NCBI GenBank assembly: GCA_045646605.1
Contig: JAZRLA010000004.1
Coordinates: forward strand, 14,251 to 78,250
Direction of reading: 5' to 3'
Source: Candidatus Enterousia sp.
GTDB lineage: Bacteria; Pseudomonadota; Alphaproteobacteria; Rs-D84
DNA length: 64,000 nt
Below, one piece after another: positions 41,546 to 51,749 of this stretch. Under the pieces are notes generated by a model, which ran no database searches, was not told where the DNA came from, and saw nothing but the letters and a program-made list of their open reading frames with translations. The position numbers and the translations under genes are program-made. How positions within the stretch are numbered: position 1 is the first letter of the stretch; each line of letters begins with the position of its first letter.

Positions 41546-42862
41546 ATGAGATTCATATCAAGGTTTTTTGGTAAACTTTCAGATTTGCAAAAGCGTATTT
41601 TGTTTACGCTGGGGGCGTTGGTCATCTATCGAATTGGTTCGTTTATTCCGTTGCCCGGTGTGAATGCATCGGCGGTGTTGCACCTGTTTACCGGCGAGGG
41701 CAGTGGTATGATGGGTATGTTCGATATGTTCACTGGTGGTTCACTTTCGCGTATGTCGGTGTTGGCACTTAACATTTTCCCGTATATTTCGGCATCTATC
41801 GTGTTGCAATTATTGACCGCGACCAGCAAATCGCTAAATGATTTGCGCAAAGAGGGCGAATCGGGTCGTATCAAAATCAATCAATACACGCGATATTTGG
41901 CGGTGTTACTTGCGGTGGTCCAGGGTTGGGCCGTCGTACGGGGACTGGAGGTTATGGCACCGGTCAATGGTGTGCGCGCGGTTGTGAATCCGGGATTTTC
42001 GTTTGAATTGTCGGCGATTATTGCGTTGGTCGGCGGAACGGTTTTTGTCATGTGGCTTGCGGAACAAATCACGGCGCGTGGCATAGGGCAGGGCGCATCG
42101 TTGCTTATTTTCGCGGGCATTATCGCCCAAATCCCCGAAGGTGTCGCGAAAATCGTATCCCTGGGGTCGGTTGGCCAAATGTCGCCGGCGATGATTGCGT
42201 TGGTAATTTTATTCGTGGTTGGAATTGTGGCGTTGATTGCGTTCTTTGAATTGGCGCAGCGTCGGGTTCAGATTTTATATCCGCGTCAGGTTATGGCGAA
42301 CGGTGTTGTGAATACGAATGCGTCCTATTTGCCGATAAAGGTAAATATGTCGGGTGTTATGGGGCCGGTGTTCGCGTCGTCCATCATGATGTTGCCGGCG
42401 TTTGTGCAACGATTCGTTCAAAGTGAAAACTTGGTTGTGCAAAATATAATGGGGTTCTTTACGTATGGGGCGTGGTCGTATATCATTTTGTATACGGTTT
42501 TAATCGCGTTCTTTGCGTATTTTCAAACGGCGGTTGTGTTCAATTCGGAGGAGACAAGTAACAATCTGCGCAATGCCGGTGGATATATTCCGGGTGTGCG
42601 TCCGGGTGAACAGACGGTAAAGTTCCTTGATTCTATGGTTTCCAAGGTTACGGCGATCGGTGTTTTATATTTGGTTGTCGTGTGTGTATTGCCGATCATT
42701 TTGAATACGCACTTTGGAATGCCGTTGATGATTGGCGGAACCAGTGTTTTAATCGTTGCGGGTGTCGTACTTGATACCATGAACCAGGTGCAATCTTATT
42801 TGGTTGCAAAACAGTATCATGGTGTTATGGGCGCCGCAAAGAAAGGTCGTTTCCGTAATTAA
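41546..42862 (+). CDS. secY: Preprotein translocase SecY
   Basis: PYISASIVLQLL; IPGVRPG; GGTSVLI; about ten TM helices. Confidence 0.98.
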   Translation: MRFISRFFGKLSDLQKRILFTLGALVIYRIGSFIPLPGVNASAVLHLFTGEGSGMMGMFDMFTGGSLSRMSVLALNIFPYISASIVLQLLTATSKSLNDLRKEGESGRIKINQYTRYLAVLLAVVQGWAVVRGLEVMAPVNGVRAVVNPGFSFELSAIIALVGGTVFVMWLAEQITARGIGQGASLLIFAGIIAQIPEGVAKIVSLGSVGQMSPAMIALVILFVVGIVALIAFFELAQRRVQILYPRQVMANGVVNTNASYLPIKVNMSGVMGPVFASSIMMLPAFVQRFVQSENLVVQNIMGFFTYGAWSYIILYTVLIAFFAYFQTAVVFNSEETSNNLRNAGGYIPGVRPGEQTVKFLDSMVSKVTAIGVLYLVVVCVLPIILNTHFGMPLMIGGTSVLIVAGVVLDTMNQVQSYLVAKQYHGVMGAAKKGRFRN

Positions 42863-42947
42863 AAGGTTACGTGAAACAAAGGTTTGACTTTTGCGTTGGT
42901 TCGTATAGAATTGTCGCAATGGCAAAAATAAAAAAGGAAAAACAAAA

Positions 42948-43325
42948 ATGGCACGTATAGCAGGTGTAAATATACCCACAGAAAAACGTATTGAGGCCGC
43001 TTTGCAATACATCCACGGCATTGGGCCAACCCGCGCCGCACAGATTTGCAAGGCGCTGAAATTAAAGGACGGTCTGCGCGCAAAGGATTTGACCGACGAA
43101 GACGTTATCAAAATTTCGAACTATATTGAACAGAATTTTAAGGTCGAAGGTGACGTTCGTCGCGAAGTTGCGATGAATATCAAACGGTTGCAAGATTTGA
43201 AAACATATCGCGGTATTCGTCATCGTAACCGCTTGCCGGTGCGCGGTCAACGGACACAGACCAATGCCCGTACGCGCAAGGGTAAACGTATCGTTGTCGC
43301 GGGTTCTGCGGTCAAGGGTAAATAA
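42948..43325 (+). CDS. rpsM: 30S ribosomal protein S13
   Basis: [27 protein letters not shown]. Confidence 0.99.
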   Translation: MARIAGVNIPTEKRIEAALQYIHGIGPTRAAQICKALKLKDGLRAKDLTDEDVIKISNYIEQNFKVEGDVRREVAMNIKRLQDLKTYRGIRHRNRLPVRGQRTQTNARTRKGKRIVVAGSAVKGK

Positions 43326-43389
43326 TAAAATTGGGTAGAGATTAACACGATAGTTAATTGAAGACATCTAATCAAAGGAAAAAATAAAA

Positions 43390-43767
43390 ATGGCAATAAA
43401 TAAAAAGAAAGTTGTAAAAAAAGTTTCGCACGGCATTGCTCATGTCGTTGCCACGAATAATAACACGCGTATCACCATTACTGACCAGTCGGGTGCGGTT
43501 TTGACCTGGGCGACGGCGGGTGCGAATAATTTCAAGGGCGCAAAGAAATCGACCCCGTATGCTGCGACTGTTGTGGCGGATGCGGTTGGCAAAAAGGTCG
43601 CCGAAATGGGCATGAAGACCGTTGATGTCCTTATGCGCGGAATCGGTCAGGGTCGTGAATCCGCGGTTCGTGGTTTGGCAAATGCCGGCTTGGTTGTGCA
43701 AAGCATTACGGACACAACGCGTATTCCGCACAACGGTTGCCGACCAAAGAAAGTCCGCAGAGTTTAA
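43390..43767 (+). CDS. rpsK: 30S ribosomal protein S11
   Basis: KKSTPYAA; IPHNGCRP. Confidence 0.99.
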   Translation: MAINKKKVVKKVSHGIAHVVATNNNTRITITDQSGAVLTWATAGANNFKGAKKSTPYAATVVADAVGKKVAEMGMKTVDVLMRGIGQGRESAVRGLANAGLVVQSITDTTRIPHNGCRPKKVRRV

Positions 43768-43768
43768 G

Positions 43769-43796
43769 AAAAAAATCCGCCTTGGCGGATTTTTTT
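43769..43796 (+). terminator. Intrinsic terminator after rpsK
   Basis: aaaaaaatccgcc-tt-ggcggattttttt. Confidence 0.8.
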
Positions 43797-43900
43797 AGTG
43801 GTCAATTTGTTTATATGATATTTTATGTTGTTACATCTTGTATTCGACTTTATTTTATGGTATAATACCTTGGGTATAGAAATAAAAAGGAAGAGAGGTC

Positions 43901-45439
43901 ATGAAAAAAATTTTAACGCTATTTATGTTAGTTTCAATTTTTGCAATATTTGTGGAAAGTGTGACTTTGGCGGCGCCTTCAACGAGTTTGTGTAGCCCGC
44001 AAGTTATTGAACCAAAACAAAAGAAAATTGATTGGAATGATTACTTGTGGCTTAGTGTTCAAGAGCACGACAATGTGAAGTCTGGAAGACAACAAGGAAG
44101 TGCCGCCGTGTGTGGCAAGGGGCATGGTACCAAGGATTATTGTACAGATGGTCAAAGGATAGAGATGAAACCTGGGCATGTTTGGCGTGGTACGCCTATA
44201 AATAAGACGGTAATTTATGTGTGTACTACCAGTGGAGATGATAGATGGGAAATTTATGTTCCGGAGGAAGAAAAGTGCTCTACAATGGTACAGTCTGGTA
44301 AACCGCTTAGTTTAAGCGCAGGGGAAACTTTTAATATGGATTTGACACGCGAAATGTGCGCTGATGCGTTAAAGCGCGCAAATGGAGATGCGGGGGCTTA
44401 TACACGTGCAGGTAAGTTAGATCTTAAGGGGTCTATGTTCCAACTTTATTGTGACGCAGATGTGCATTTGCAATGCAAATTGAAGGCATGCGAAGGAAAT
44501 TATGTCGTGTCTGGGGAAAAATGCGTTGAAAGAAATCCCGGCCCAACTCCGAATCCAAATAAAGACACTTGCAGTGCAACAATCAAAGGGCAAACCGTGG
44601 TATTGAACCGTGGTGCGGAATCATCGATTGACCTTACCGCTGCGGAATGTAGCGCGGCGGTTAAAGTCGCACATGGCGGCGGGTTGATGGATCAAAATGG
44701 AATATATCATTTCTTTTGCGGGCCAATATGTAAAAAAGTTGGTTGCAAACAAGGATACGAAAATGATGAAAACGGTATGTGTGTCAAAAAAGGGAATAAA
44801 AAGACATGTCGTGAACAGCGGGCTGGTATGAGCATAGAGGCTATCGCATGTTGTGATACAGGGACAGATGCGACCTGGGACAAGCCAATAAAGGGTAAAT
44901 GTAACTGTAAAGATTCTAATACGCATTTCGAAATTGTCGGTGGGCGCGGTCAGTGTGTTGCAAACGTTACACCGCCCATTATACCACCTGTTATTATACC
45001 ACCCACCCCTGTTATAGAACCGTGTTCGGACCCGGACAATATGGATTCGAATTGTAAGTGTGTTGTGCCGGAGACTGTAGAACGCAATGGCAAATGTGTT
45101 TGTCTGGATTCTGATAAAGTAATTAAAAACGGTAAGTGCGAATACAGTGATGAATATATCGGAGAATTAGAAATCGAACTGGACCGTAAATATAGTGGGT
45201 TATCAGAAATGTTTGGTGGGTTTGAAAAAAGTGTTTGGCGGGACGAAAATGGCGAATTTAACACTGCACGTCTTGCATCGGACAGTATCGCCGGTGTTGT
45301 GCTGGGGACCGTTGGCGGAATTGTTACGGCAAACCTTGTGAAAAAAGCCCAAGTTAAGCAAGGATTCGAAGATATCGGTTGCTATATCGGTGGTCAATCC
45401 GTCGCCGGGTATGGTGATGAGTTTAATGTGGGACGGTAA
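43901..45439 (+). CDS. Secreted Cys-rich protein with C-terminal glycine-zipper module
   Basis: Signal peptide; many Cys; Pro-rich linkers; SIAGVVLGTVGGIVTA..IGCYIGGQSVAGYGDEF. Confidence 0.8.
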   Translation: MKKILTLFMLVSIFAIFVESVTLAAPSTSLCSPQVIEPKQKKIDWNDYLWLSVQEHDNVKSGRQQGSAAVCGKGHGTKDYCTDGQRIEMKPGHVWRGTPINKTVIYVCTTSGDDRWEIYVPEEEKCSTMVQSGKPLSLSAGETFNMDLTREMCADALKRANGDAGAYTRAGKLDLKGSMFQLYCDADVHLQCKLKACEGNYVVSGEKCVERNPGPTPNPNKDTCSATIKGQTVVLNRGAESSIDLTAAECSAAVKVAHGGGLMDQNGIYHFFCGPICKKVGCKQGYENDENGMCVKKGNKKTCREQRAGMSIEAIACCDTGTDATWDKPIKGKCNCKDSNTHFEIVGGRGQCVANVTPPIIPPVIIPPTPVIEPCSDPDNMDSNCKCVVPETVERNGKCVCLDSDKVIKNGKCEYSDEYIGELEIELDRKYSGLSEMFGGFEKSVWRDENGEFNTARLASDSIAGVVLGTVGGIVTANLVKKAQVKQGFEDIGCYIGGQSVAGYGDEFNVGR

Positions 45440-45445
45440 GTGTGT

Positions 45446-45579
45446 CGTCATACCGCCTAAAGGCGGTATCTCCGCGGGATTGTTGTGAATTAATTTTCGG
45501 CCGACCCGACAAGATTCCGCGTGAAACCACCCACAAAAATGTTGCACATTTTTGTGGGGCCCGGTACCGCGGAATGACG
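45446..45579. repeat. REPIN with nested 35-nt hairpin
   Basis: cgtcataccgcctaaaggcggtatc ... ccgcggaatgacg; 45528-45562 matches 4345-4379 at 34 of 35 positions. Confidence 0.8.
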
Positions 45580-45643
45580 GTATAAAAACCTCTTTAGATA
45601 AAAAAACGGTGGCGTTGGCCACCGTTTCAATTACACTTACCAC

Positions 45644-46204
45644 TTATTTTCCGGTGGCGCGGCGTTTTACCGCAACGGTCTTTTTTGCCGCAGTGGCTTT
45701 TTTCGCCGCCGGTTCTTTGGCCGGTGCCTTTGTCGGTTTTTCGGCCTTTGGTGCCTTGGGCGCCTTTGGCGCATCGGTTGCGGTCGCTTCTTCGGCCTTG
45801 GCCGCGGCAACTTCCGGTTTTTGTGGTTTTTTCGCATTCACATCGCGGTCAACAAATTCGATAATCGCCATCGGTGCGGCATCGCCATAGCGGAATCCGG
45901 CCTTTAGCACGCGTGTATATCCACCCGGGCGTTTCGCATAGCGCGGCCCGAGCACCGTGAATAACTTTTTTACGGTTGCGTCGCATGCGTTGCCCAATTC
46001 CGACGCGGTCAGGCGGCGGTTCGCAACGGTATCAACCTTGGCGCGGGTAACCAATTTTTCCACGACACTGCGCAGATCTTTGGCCTTTGGCAAAGTTGTT
46101 TTGATTTGTTCTTTTTCAATCAGGTTCTTTGCAAGCCCAATAAACAAGGCCTTGCGTGCATTTGTGTCGCGATTAAAAGTGCGACCAGATTTTTGGTGTC
46201 TCAT
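45644..46204 (-). CDS. rplQ: 50S ribosomal protein L17 with Ala/Lys/Pro-rich tail
   Basis: [31 protein letters not shown]. Confidence 0.98.
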   Translation of the reverse strand: MRHQKSGRTFNRDTNARKALFIGLAKNLIEKEQIKTTLPKAKDLRSVVEKLVTRAKVDTVANRRLTASELGNACDATVKKLFTVLGPRYAKRPGGYTRVLKAGFRYGDAAPMAIIEFVDRDVNAKKPQKPEVAAAKAEEATATDAPKAPKAPKAEKPTKAPAKEPAAKKATAAKKTVAVKRRATGK

Positions 46205-46311
46205 CGGTTACTCCTTTATTTTTGTTTCCGCCCGGTTCCTCGGGATTGCACCACTTTTCGTGCCCCAAATCAGTGATTCAGTAACACGCGTTTTTTGAAT
46301 TCCCAATAATT

Positions 46312-47340
46312 TTATTTATACGGGTCTTCGTATTTTTTTGCTAATTCTGCGATGTTTTCTGGCGGCCAACCTGGGACCTCCATCCCAAGGCCAAGGCCCA
46401 TCGCTTCCAATTGGATTTTGATTTCGTTCAATGACTTGCGGCCAAAGTTCGGGGTCTTTAACATATCCGCCTCGGTCTTTTGGACCAATTCGCCAAGCCA
46501 GTTGATTTTGTCGTTCTTTAAACAATTGTTCGCGCGCACAGACAATTCCAATTCGTCCACGCGTTTCAACAATTTCGGATCGAACTGCAACGCGTCCTTG
46601 GCAACTTCTTCTTCGGTCGGTGTCGCGATTTGCGTTGGGTCTTCGAAATTGATGAACAAAGTCAATTGGTCGGTCAAGATACGCGCCGCGAACGCGATTG
46701 CGTCTTCGGGTGTGACACTGCCGTTTGTTTTGACGGTCATTTCCAATTTGTCATAGTCCGTTGATTGCCCAACACGGGTTTCCGAAACCACGGTCGCGAC
46801 ATTCAAAATTGGTGAAAAGATTGAATCAACCGGAATCACGCCCAGTGGCAATCCATCGGCATGTGCGTTTGCCGGAACATAGCCGCGGCCCGTGCCAAGT
46901 GTGATTTCCATGTCAAACTGCGCGCCTTTGTCCAATGTGCAAAGTTCCGCATCGGGGTTCATAACCTCTATCGCACTGGGGCATTCAATCATGCCCGCCT
47001 TGACCACGGCCGGACCCGTCACGTGCAGATTAACCTTGTGTTGACCTTCGGCATTTGCCTTGAAATAAACACCCTTAAGGTTCAGTAAAATATCCGCGAC
47101 ATCTTCGTGCACGCCTTGGATACTTGAAAATTCGTGTTGAACGCCATCGATTTTCACATACAGTGGTGCGCAACCTTGGAGTGAAGACAACAGAACGCGG
47201 CGCAACGCCGTTCCAAGTGTAAGCCCGAAACCCTTTTCCAGCGGTTCCGCGACCAATTTGGCCATGTTCGGATTATGTTCATCGGTGGTGATATTCAGTT
47301 TTTTCGGCTTTATCAAAGCCATCCAGTTTTTTTCAATCAT
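46312..47340 (-). CDS. rpoA: RNA polymerase alpha subunit
   Basis: [45 protein letters not shown]. Confidence 0.99.
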   Translation of the reverse strand: MIEKNWMALIKPKKLNITTDEHNPNMAKLVAEPLEKGFGLTLGTALRRVLLSSLQGCAPLYVKIDGVQHEFSSIQGVHEDVADILLNLKGVYFKANAEGQHKVNLHVTGPAVVKAGMIECPSAIEVMNPDAELCTLDKGAQFDMEITLGTGRGYVPANAHADGLPLGVIPVDSIFSPILNVATVVSETRVGQSTDYDKLEMTVKTNGSVTPEDAIAFAARILTDQLTLFINFEDPTQIATPTEEEVAKDALQFDPKLLKRVDELELSVRANNCLKNDKINWLGELVQKTEADMLKTPNFGRKSLNEIKIQLEAMGLGLGMEVPGWPPENIAELAKKYEDPYK

Positions 47341-47410
47341 TTATATTTCCTTTTAGCTTAGTTTATCATTTTCGCCAATCGGCCGCACGCAAACCTTTGC
47401 ATGCCCGCGC

Positions 47411-47439
47411 ATTGTATAGCGTTTTTTTCGAAAAGTCAA
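47411..47439 (-). promoter_or_regulatory. rpoA sigma70 promoter
   Basis: TTGACT-N17-TACAAT on the minus strand. Confidence 0.7.
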
Positions 47440-47449
47440 GGAATTTAGT

Positions 47450-47473
47450 AAAAAAATGCCCGCATTTGCGGGC
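47450..47473 (-). terminator. Terminator hairpin between the cassette and the rpoA promoter
   Basis: A run followed by tgcccgcatttgcgggc; the same 17-mer occurs at 48764-48780. Confidence 0.65.
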
Positions 47474-47484
47474 GGAACAACACA

Positions 47485-47512
47485 ATGGCGCATAATGCTA
47501 ATTATGTATACC
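47485..47512 (+). other. dif-like recombination site, copy 1
   Basis: ATGGCGCATAA-TGCTAA-TTATGTATACC versus E. coli dif GGTGCGCATAA-TGTATA-TTATGTTAAAT (18/28 identical). Confidence 0.65.
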
Positions 47513-48759
47513 AAAATCTTGCTGACATCGCCACCGGCATATTCCTAAATATCGATAACAATATGCTAACGGCGTGTCAAAAAGCCGCCAATGCCGCAAT
47601 GATAAAGGTCTGTGGCAGCACGGAAAATTGCGACGAAATGATTGTAGATAATGGTTTAGGTTCACGCAGTTTGGAATATAAAATATGTGACTTTACATAT
47701 AGAGGCGACAGTTTGGACATAGACTATAATAATTGTAGGCCCAATATAGACACAATTACAGATGAAGAATTAGGCCGAAATACAACCGCAATGACCGCAA
47801 CTGATTCCAAAGGGGATATAACCTATGTTCACCATAATGCGAAGAATATTGCAGCGGTTATAGATGGACGTATATACTGGGAAAGTGTTAAATTTACAGA
47901 TGATGGTAGCACAAAAGATGGAATCATAGACGTGGCCAGTTATTGGTACGACGTATCAACAGACACAGACGGTAATGAAACTATAACTGACGAACACAAA
48001 GAAAGAGTTAATTCTGAATTGGCGGCATTACAAACAAGTGTTCAAAATGCAATAAGTGCAATAGAATCAGATCAAAAGGTGCAATACTGCATGACAGGAC
48101 GCGAATTTCAGGGTTATAAAAAAATGTTAGGCACTGGTTCAAAGACAAATCCGCGTTTTCCACAGTTGACAGCACAAATGCGCAGAATAATATCAGATTC
48201 TGCATTGGCAAAAACCAAAGAAAATTATTATGCAAAATACGATGAATTAAACGCAAAGATGTCAAAAGATTATTCCAAGCTTGCAGAACGCAAAGCCGAA
48301 ATTGCAGGCCAAAATAACAAAGATCGTCGTCGTGGAATTGCTCGTGATTCATGTGTTAATCTTGCGAAGTCGTCCGCAATGGCGCGTTCCGCTGAACCAC
48401 CGGCAAGTGCAGGAACTTATTTATTAGCTGGCTGGTACGGAATTGGTGCTGGTCTCGCGCCAATACCTGGAGTGGCGATAGCAAGCGCAGTAATGGCCGG
48501 GGTTATCTTATCATCAGCTGATGCCGATGCGAATGGTCCAAATGTTGAACCAGATAACACACAATTAACAGGTTCTGGTGGAATGCAACAATGGAATTAC
48601 AAGGAAACCATTACAACAGCGTTTGATTGGGAAAATTTGGTATGTCACAAATGTGTCCGTTCAAGTCAGTGTGCTAAGACCAGGAATCCATTGGTTGGTG
48701 ATAAATATTGCGAAACATGGGGTGAGGAAACTGAAAAATGCACCGACATACAATTCTAA
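47485..48759 (+). CDS. Alternative C-terminal cassette for 48787-51603 (probably silent)
   Basis: No signal peptide or RBS; begins HNANYVYQNLADIA, identical to residue 540 onward of the convergent gene; remainder distantly homologous. Confidence 0.8.
   Translation: MAHNANYVYQNLADIATGIFLNIDNNMLTACQKAANAAMIKVCGSTENCDEMIVDNGLGSRSLEYKICDFTYRGDSLDIDYNNCRPNIDTITDEELGRNTTAMTATDSKGDITYVHHNAKNIAAVIDGRIYWESVKFTDDGSTKDGIIDVASYWYDVSTDTDGNETITDEHKERVNSELAALQTSVQNAISAIESDQKVQYCMTGREFQGYKKMLGTGSKTNPRFPQLTAQMRRIISDSALAKTKENYYAKYDELNAKMSKDYSKLAERKAEIAGQNNKDRRRGIARDSCVNLAKSSAMARSAEPPASAGTYLLAGWYGIGAGLAPIPGVAIASAVMAGVILSSADADANGPNVEPDNTQLTGSGGMQQWNYKETITTAFDWENLVCHKCVRSSQCAKTRNPLVGDKYCETWGEETEKCTDIQF
47489..47585 (+). 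repeat. 97-bp inverted repeat, left arm
   Basis: Reverse complement of 49892-49988; first 45 bp identical, 7 mismatches in total. Confidence 0.95.
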
Positions 48760-48760
48760 A

Positions 48761-48784
48761 CCTTGCCCGCATTTGCGGGCAAGG
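48761..48784. terminator. Hairpin between the convergent stop codons
   Basis: ccttgcccgc-attt-gcgggcaagg perfect 10-bp stem. Confidence 0.7.
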
Positions 48785-48786
48785 GG

Positions 48787-51603
48787 TTACATTTTTATTT
48801 CTTGCACATTTGTTACCGGTTCACCGTATTCCGAACAATATATGCCATGATAATTTTCTTTCTTGTATGTTGTGTCGGCATACCCAATTGTTGGTGCAAC
48901 CGCGCCTTCCCATGTGCTACATCCACCACCTAAACCCGCAGTTTCACAATAAGTTGTATCTGTGGTGATTTTCATTTCCATTTCTGAACACAGCTTTGAG
49001 GTAGTTTTAAGGGTACAAATATTGGTACCAGAACTATACATAGATTCCATTGTAATCCAACCTATCATATTTCCTTCTTTATCGACTTGAATAAATTCGC
49101 CTTTGCCCTTTGACATTGTTTGTAATTTTTTACTAAGGTCGGATGCTTGTAATTCATATCGTGTGCCACTTCCCCTTAAACCCATATCGCCGGCGTTGTT
49201 ATTAAATATTGATTCCAGGGCTAAATTTGTACGGTATTTTTTACAAACAGCTTCGCCATCAACTTCTTCGTGTTCTGTACACACTGCCGCACCTTCTTGA
49301 TAACTCATTGCGGCACAAAGTGCGGCTTTGACATCATCACTTTGATCCTCCATTGCTTCACCGACCAATTTATTATATTTTTCATTATAATTTAAATAGG
49401 CTTTATTCAATGCAGAATTGAATACCATACGTGTATATGATTCAAGTAAATGCGGAAAACGAGCAACGTTTTCTTCTCTTTGCATTGGATCGCCATCTTT
49501 GCGCCAACTTTGTGTTAGTCCTTTGATACACGTTTCAATCGTTGGGTCTGTATTTAAAATATTTATCTTTTGCACGGCACTATTTTCAACAGTGTTTATC
49601 GCGGATCTAATCCGGTTGGCCGTAGCGGTATCAACATCCGAAGCAGGATTATCTAAGAAATTAAAAGCACTTCTATCGAATATTGGTGTTTCTGTTGTAT
49701 TTGGTTGGTTTGTATTATTTGATAGATAACTATCATCAAATGTTAACAAACCAAAATTCATAAGACCATCAATAACAATCTTGTCACCTGTTTTATATCT
49801 GACCAAAGAATCCGTTCCGATTACGGTATCGTCGTCGAATGCTTCGCACTCTGACAAACTGCCACAAACTTCGATAACTTTATTCCGCACCGCTTTTTGA
49901 CACGCCGCAAGCAAGTTGTTATCGATGTTTAGGAATATGCCCTTGGCGATGTCAGCAAGATTTTGGTATACATAATTAGCATTATGCGTTTCGTCTTGAC
50001 AACCAACCAATTTATCCGCCGGGCACATACGGACGATTGTGTCGGTGTCAAGTCCGATACACTGTGTGTAATCTTCGCCACAGCGGTCTTCGGATTGTAA
50101 ACATGCCTTAAATTCGTTGGTGCATGAATCAACACGCATCGATTTTAACCGCGCCTTGACGTATGTCATGATACCCGGGATAGAATTTTCACATGGTGTA
50201 ACCTGAATCTTGCATAAATTGCTTACTATATCTGGGTTGACCAGGCACATGTCATATGAACCCTCTGGGTCATTGGGGTCCATTGTATCGCGGCATGCCT
50301 TTTGGAAACAGTTTGAAATATTTGAAATGCATGATGTTCGCATATCTGATTCTGCGGACAATTCTGCGGATTTGATTTGTGGTGCGGCCTCACGCAAAAA
50401 CGCGTCCCAAACCTGGTCGCGAACATTTACGCATTCTTGGGTTACGGTCATACAAAGTGGTTTCTTCGCCTCTAAGATATCGTATGTCGATTGTGCAATA
50501 GTGATGGAAGACGAATTCCCTTTGATTTTTTTCTTTTTTAAACTGTCGAATTTAACCCCGGTTGTGACCTCTTGAATCGAACCGACGCACCCGGTAAAGT
50601 CATCGCCGCAACCGCCGGTTGTTTGCATGCACTGTTTGAATTGCACCGTGCATTGCCCAAGGTCGTATTTGTTTGCGTTGCGGTATTGTTCCAATGCGGC
50701 TTCGCGCATCGCGCTTTGTGCCGCGGCAAGTTTTTGTGCGCTTTGTGTGCGTGCGGCGCGCAGGCTGTTTTCATACGCGGTGCAATCGGAACGCACGCGC
50801 TGTTTATACATTAAATCCATCAATGTCGATTGCGATTTGCATTCGGGAATTTGCGCGTTGCAAAGTTTTGATGCCGCGCGATAAAGTGCGTCGCCGGTTT
50901 TATTATTGACCGATACACCGTCCGATGATATGTCGAAAATATCTTCGACATCGGCATCAAAGTCCAGGTCCAACGAATTCCACGAACTTAAATCCAATGA
51001 TTGGCGTTTTGATTTTGCCGCGTCCGCGGTTACGCGCTTTGTCACCGAATCGGTTTTTGACATAACCGCATCGACCGCGTCGCCCATTTCAATGCGTTCA
51101 ACACCGACGGTGGCAAGTTGATAACTTTGTTCGTCGAGTTTTTGAATTTCTTCGAGGATTGCATCGTATTCTGCGTTTTTATCACTGCAAATACAACGGC
51201 CGCCGCTTGTGTTGTCCAACATACAGAATGAATCCATACAGCCGCTGAACTTGCCCCAGCAAACCTGGTCAACTGCGGTGTTTTCAGTGGCGGTCGCGAC
51301 CTTGGTTCCGGTACTGATTACGCTTTGTTTTGCCGCGCGACCTTGTTGGGTTTGTGGCGGCACCGCGGCACGCGCACTGCGCGATACCTGCGGGGTTGTG
51401 GGTTGCGTCGGTTGTATCGTTGCACTGCGTGATGCAACGGTGCGGGCACTGTTGTTGGATGCGGGCGGCGTTCCGGTGGCGTTCATACCCGTTCGTGAAA
51501 CACGTTGCGTTGTTGGCTGTGATGGCGTCGCCGACGGCCGCGTGGCACCAAACGAGGCGGACGCGCATGTTAAAATCATCAATACAAAAAATATTCGTTT
51601 CAA
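48787..51603 (-). CDS. Large secreted Cys-rich protein (938 aa) with a putatively switchable C-terminus
   Basis: TTG start after RBS agaagggg; signal peptide; Ser/Thr/Arg/Pro-rich linker; repeated C..CM...CG..F..C helical modules. Confidence 0.85.
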   Translation of the reverse strand: MKRIFFVLMILTCASASFGATRPSATPSQPTTQRVSRTGMNATGTPPASNNSARTVASRSATIQPTQPTTPQVSRSARAAVPPQTQQGRAAKQSVISTGTKVATATENTAVDQVCWGKFSGCMDSFCMLDNTSGGRCICSDKNAEYDAILEEIQKLDEQSYQLATVGVERIEMGDAVDAVMSKTDSVTKRVTADAAKSKRQSLDLSSWNSLDLDFDADVEDIFDISSDGVSVNNKTGDALYRAASKLCNAQIPECKSQSTLMDLMYKQRVRSDCTAYENSLRAARTQSAQKLAAAQSAMREAALEQYRNANKYDLGQCTVQFKQCMQTTGGCGDDFTGCVGSIQEVTTGVKFDSLKKKKIKGNSSSITIAQSTYDILEAKKPLCMTVTQECVNVRDQVWDAFLREAAPQIKSAELSAESDMRTSCISNISNCFQKACRDTMDPNDPEGSYDMCLVNPDIVSNLCKIQVTPCENSIPGIMTYVKARLKSMRVDSCTNEFKACLQSEDRCGEDYTQCIGLDTDTIVRMCPADKLVGCQDETHNANYVYQNLADIAKGIFLNIDNNLLAACQKAVRNKVIEVCGSLSECEAFDDDTVIGTDSLVRYKTGDKIVIDGLMNFGLLTFDDSYLSNNTNQPNTTETPIFDRSAFNFLDNPASDVDTATANRIRSAINTVENSAVQKINILNTDPTIETCIKGLTQSWRKDGDPMQREENVARFPHLLESYTRMVFNSALNKAYLNYNEKYNKLVGEAMEDQSDDVKAALCAAMSYQEGAAVCTEHEEVDGEAVCKKYRTNLALESIFNNNAGDMGLRGSGTRYELQASDLSKKLQTMSKGKGEFIQVDKEGNMIGWITMESMYSSGTNICTLKTTSKLCSEMEMKITTDTTYCETAGLGGGCSTWEGAVAPTIGYADTTYKKENYHGIYCSEYGEPVTNVQEIKM
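49892..49988 (-). repeat. 97-bp inverted repeat, right arm (inside the CDS)
   Basis: Pairs with 47489-47585. Confidence 0.95.
49965..49992 (-). other. dif-like recombination site, copy 2 (in frame within the CDS)
   Basis: GAAACGCATAA-TGCTAA-TTATGTATACC; same central hexamer and right arm as copy 1. Confidence 0.65.
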
Positions 51604-51749
51604 GTGAAACCCCTTCTACTATCTGTTGTATTTTATCATAAAAAAGGGATGTAAACAAGCGGGAATATAAATAAAAATTACCCCTTCTTTGGAAAGAAGG
51701 GGGTAAAAAAACGTCCGCGGGGGGCGGACGTTATTGGGACACCACATTA

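Noticed and set aside
47485..49992. Single chromosomal dif or replication terminus
   Set aside because: There are two inverted copies, one inside a CDS, and by eye the + strand stays G/T-rich on both sides. A cumulative GC-skew calculation would be needed to exclude it formally.
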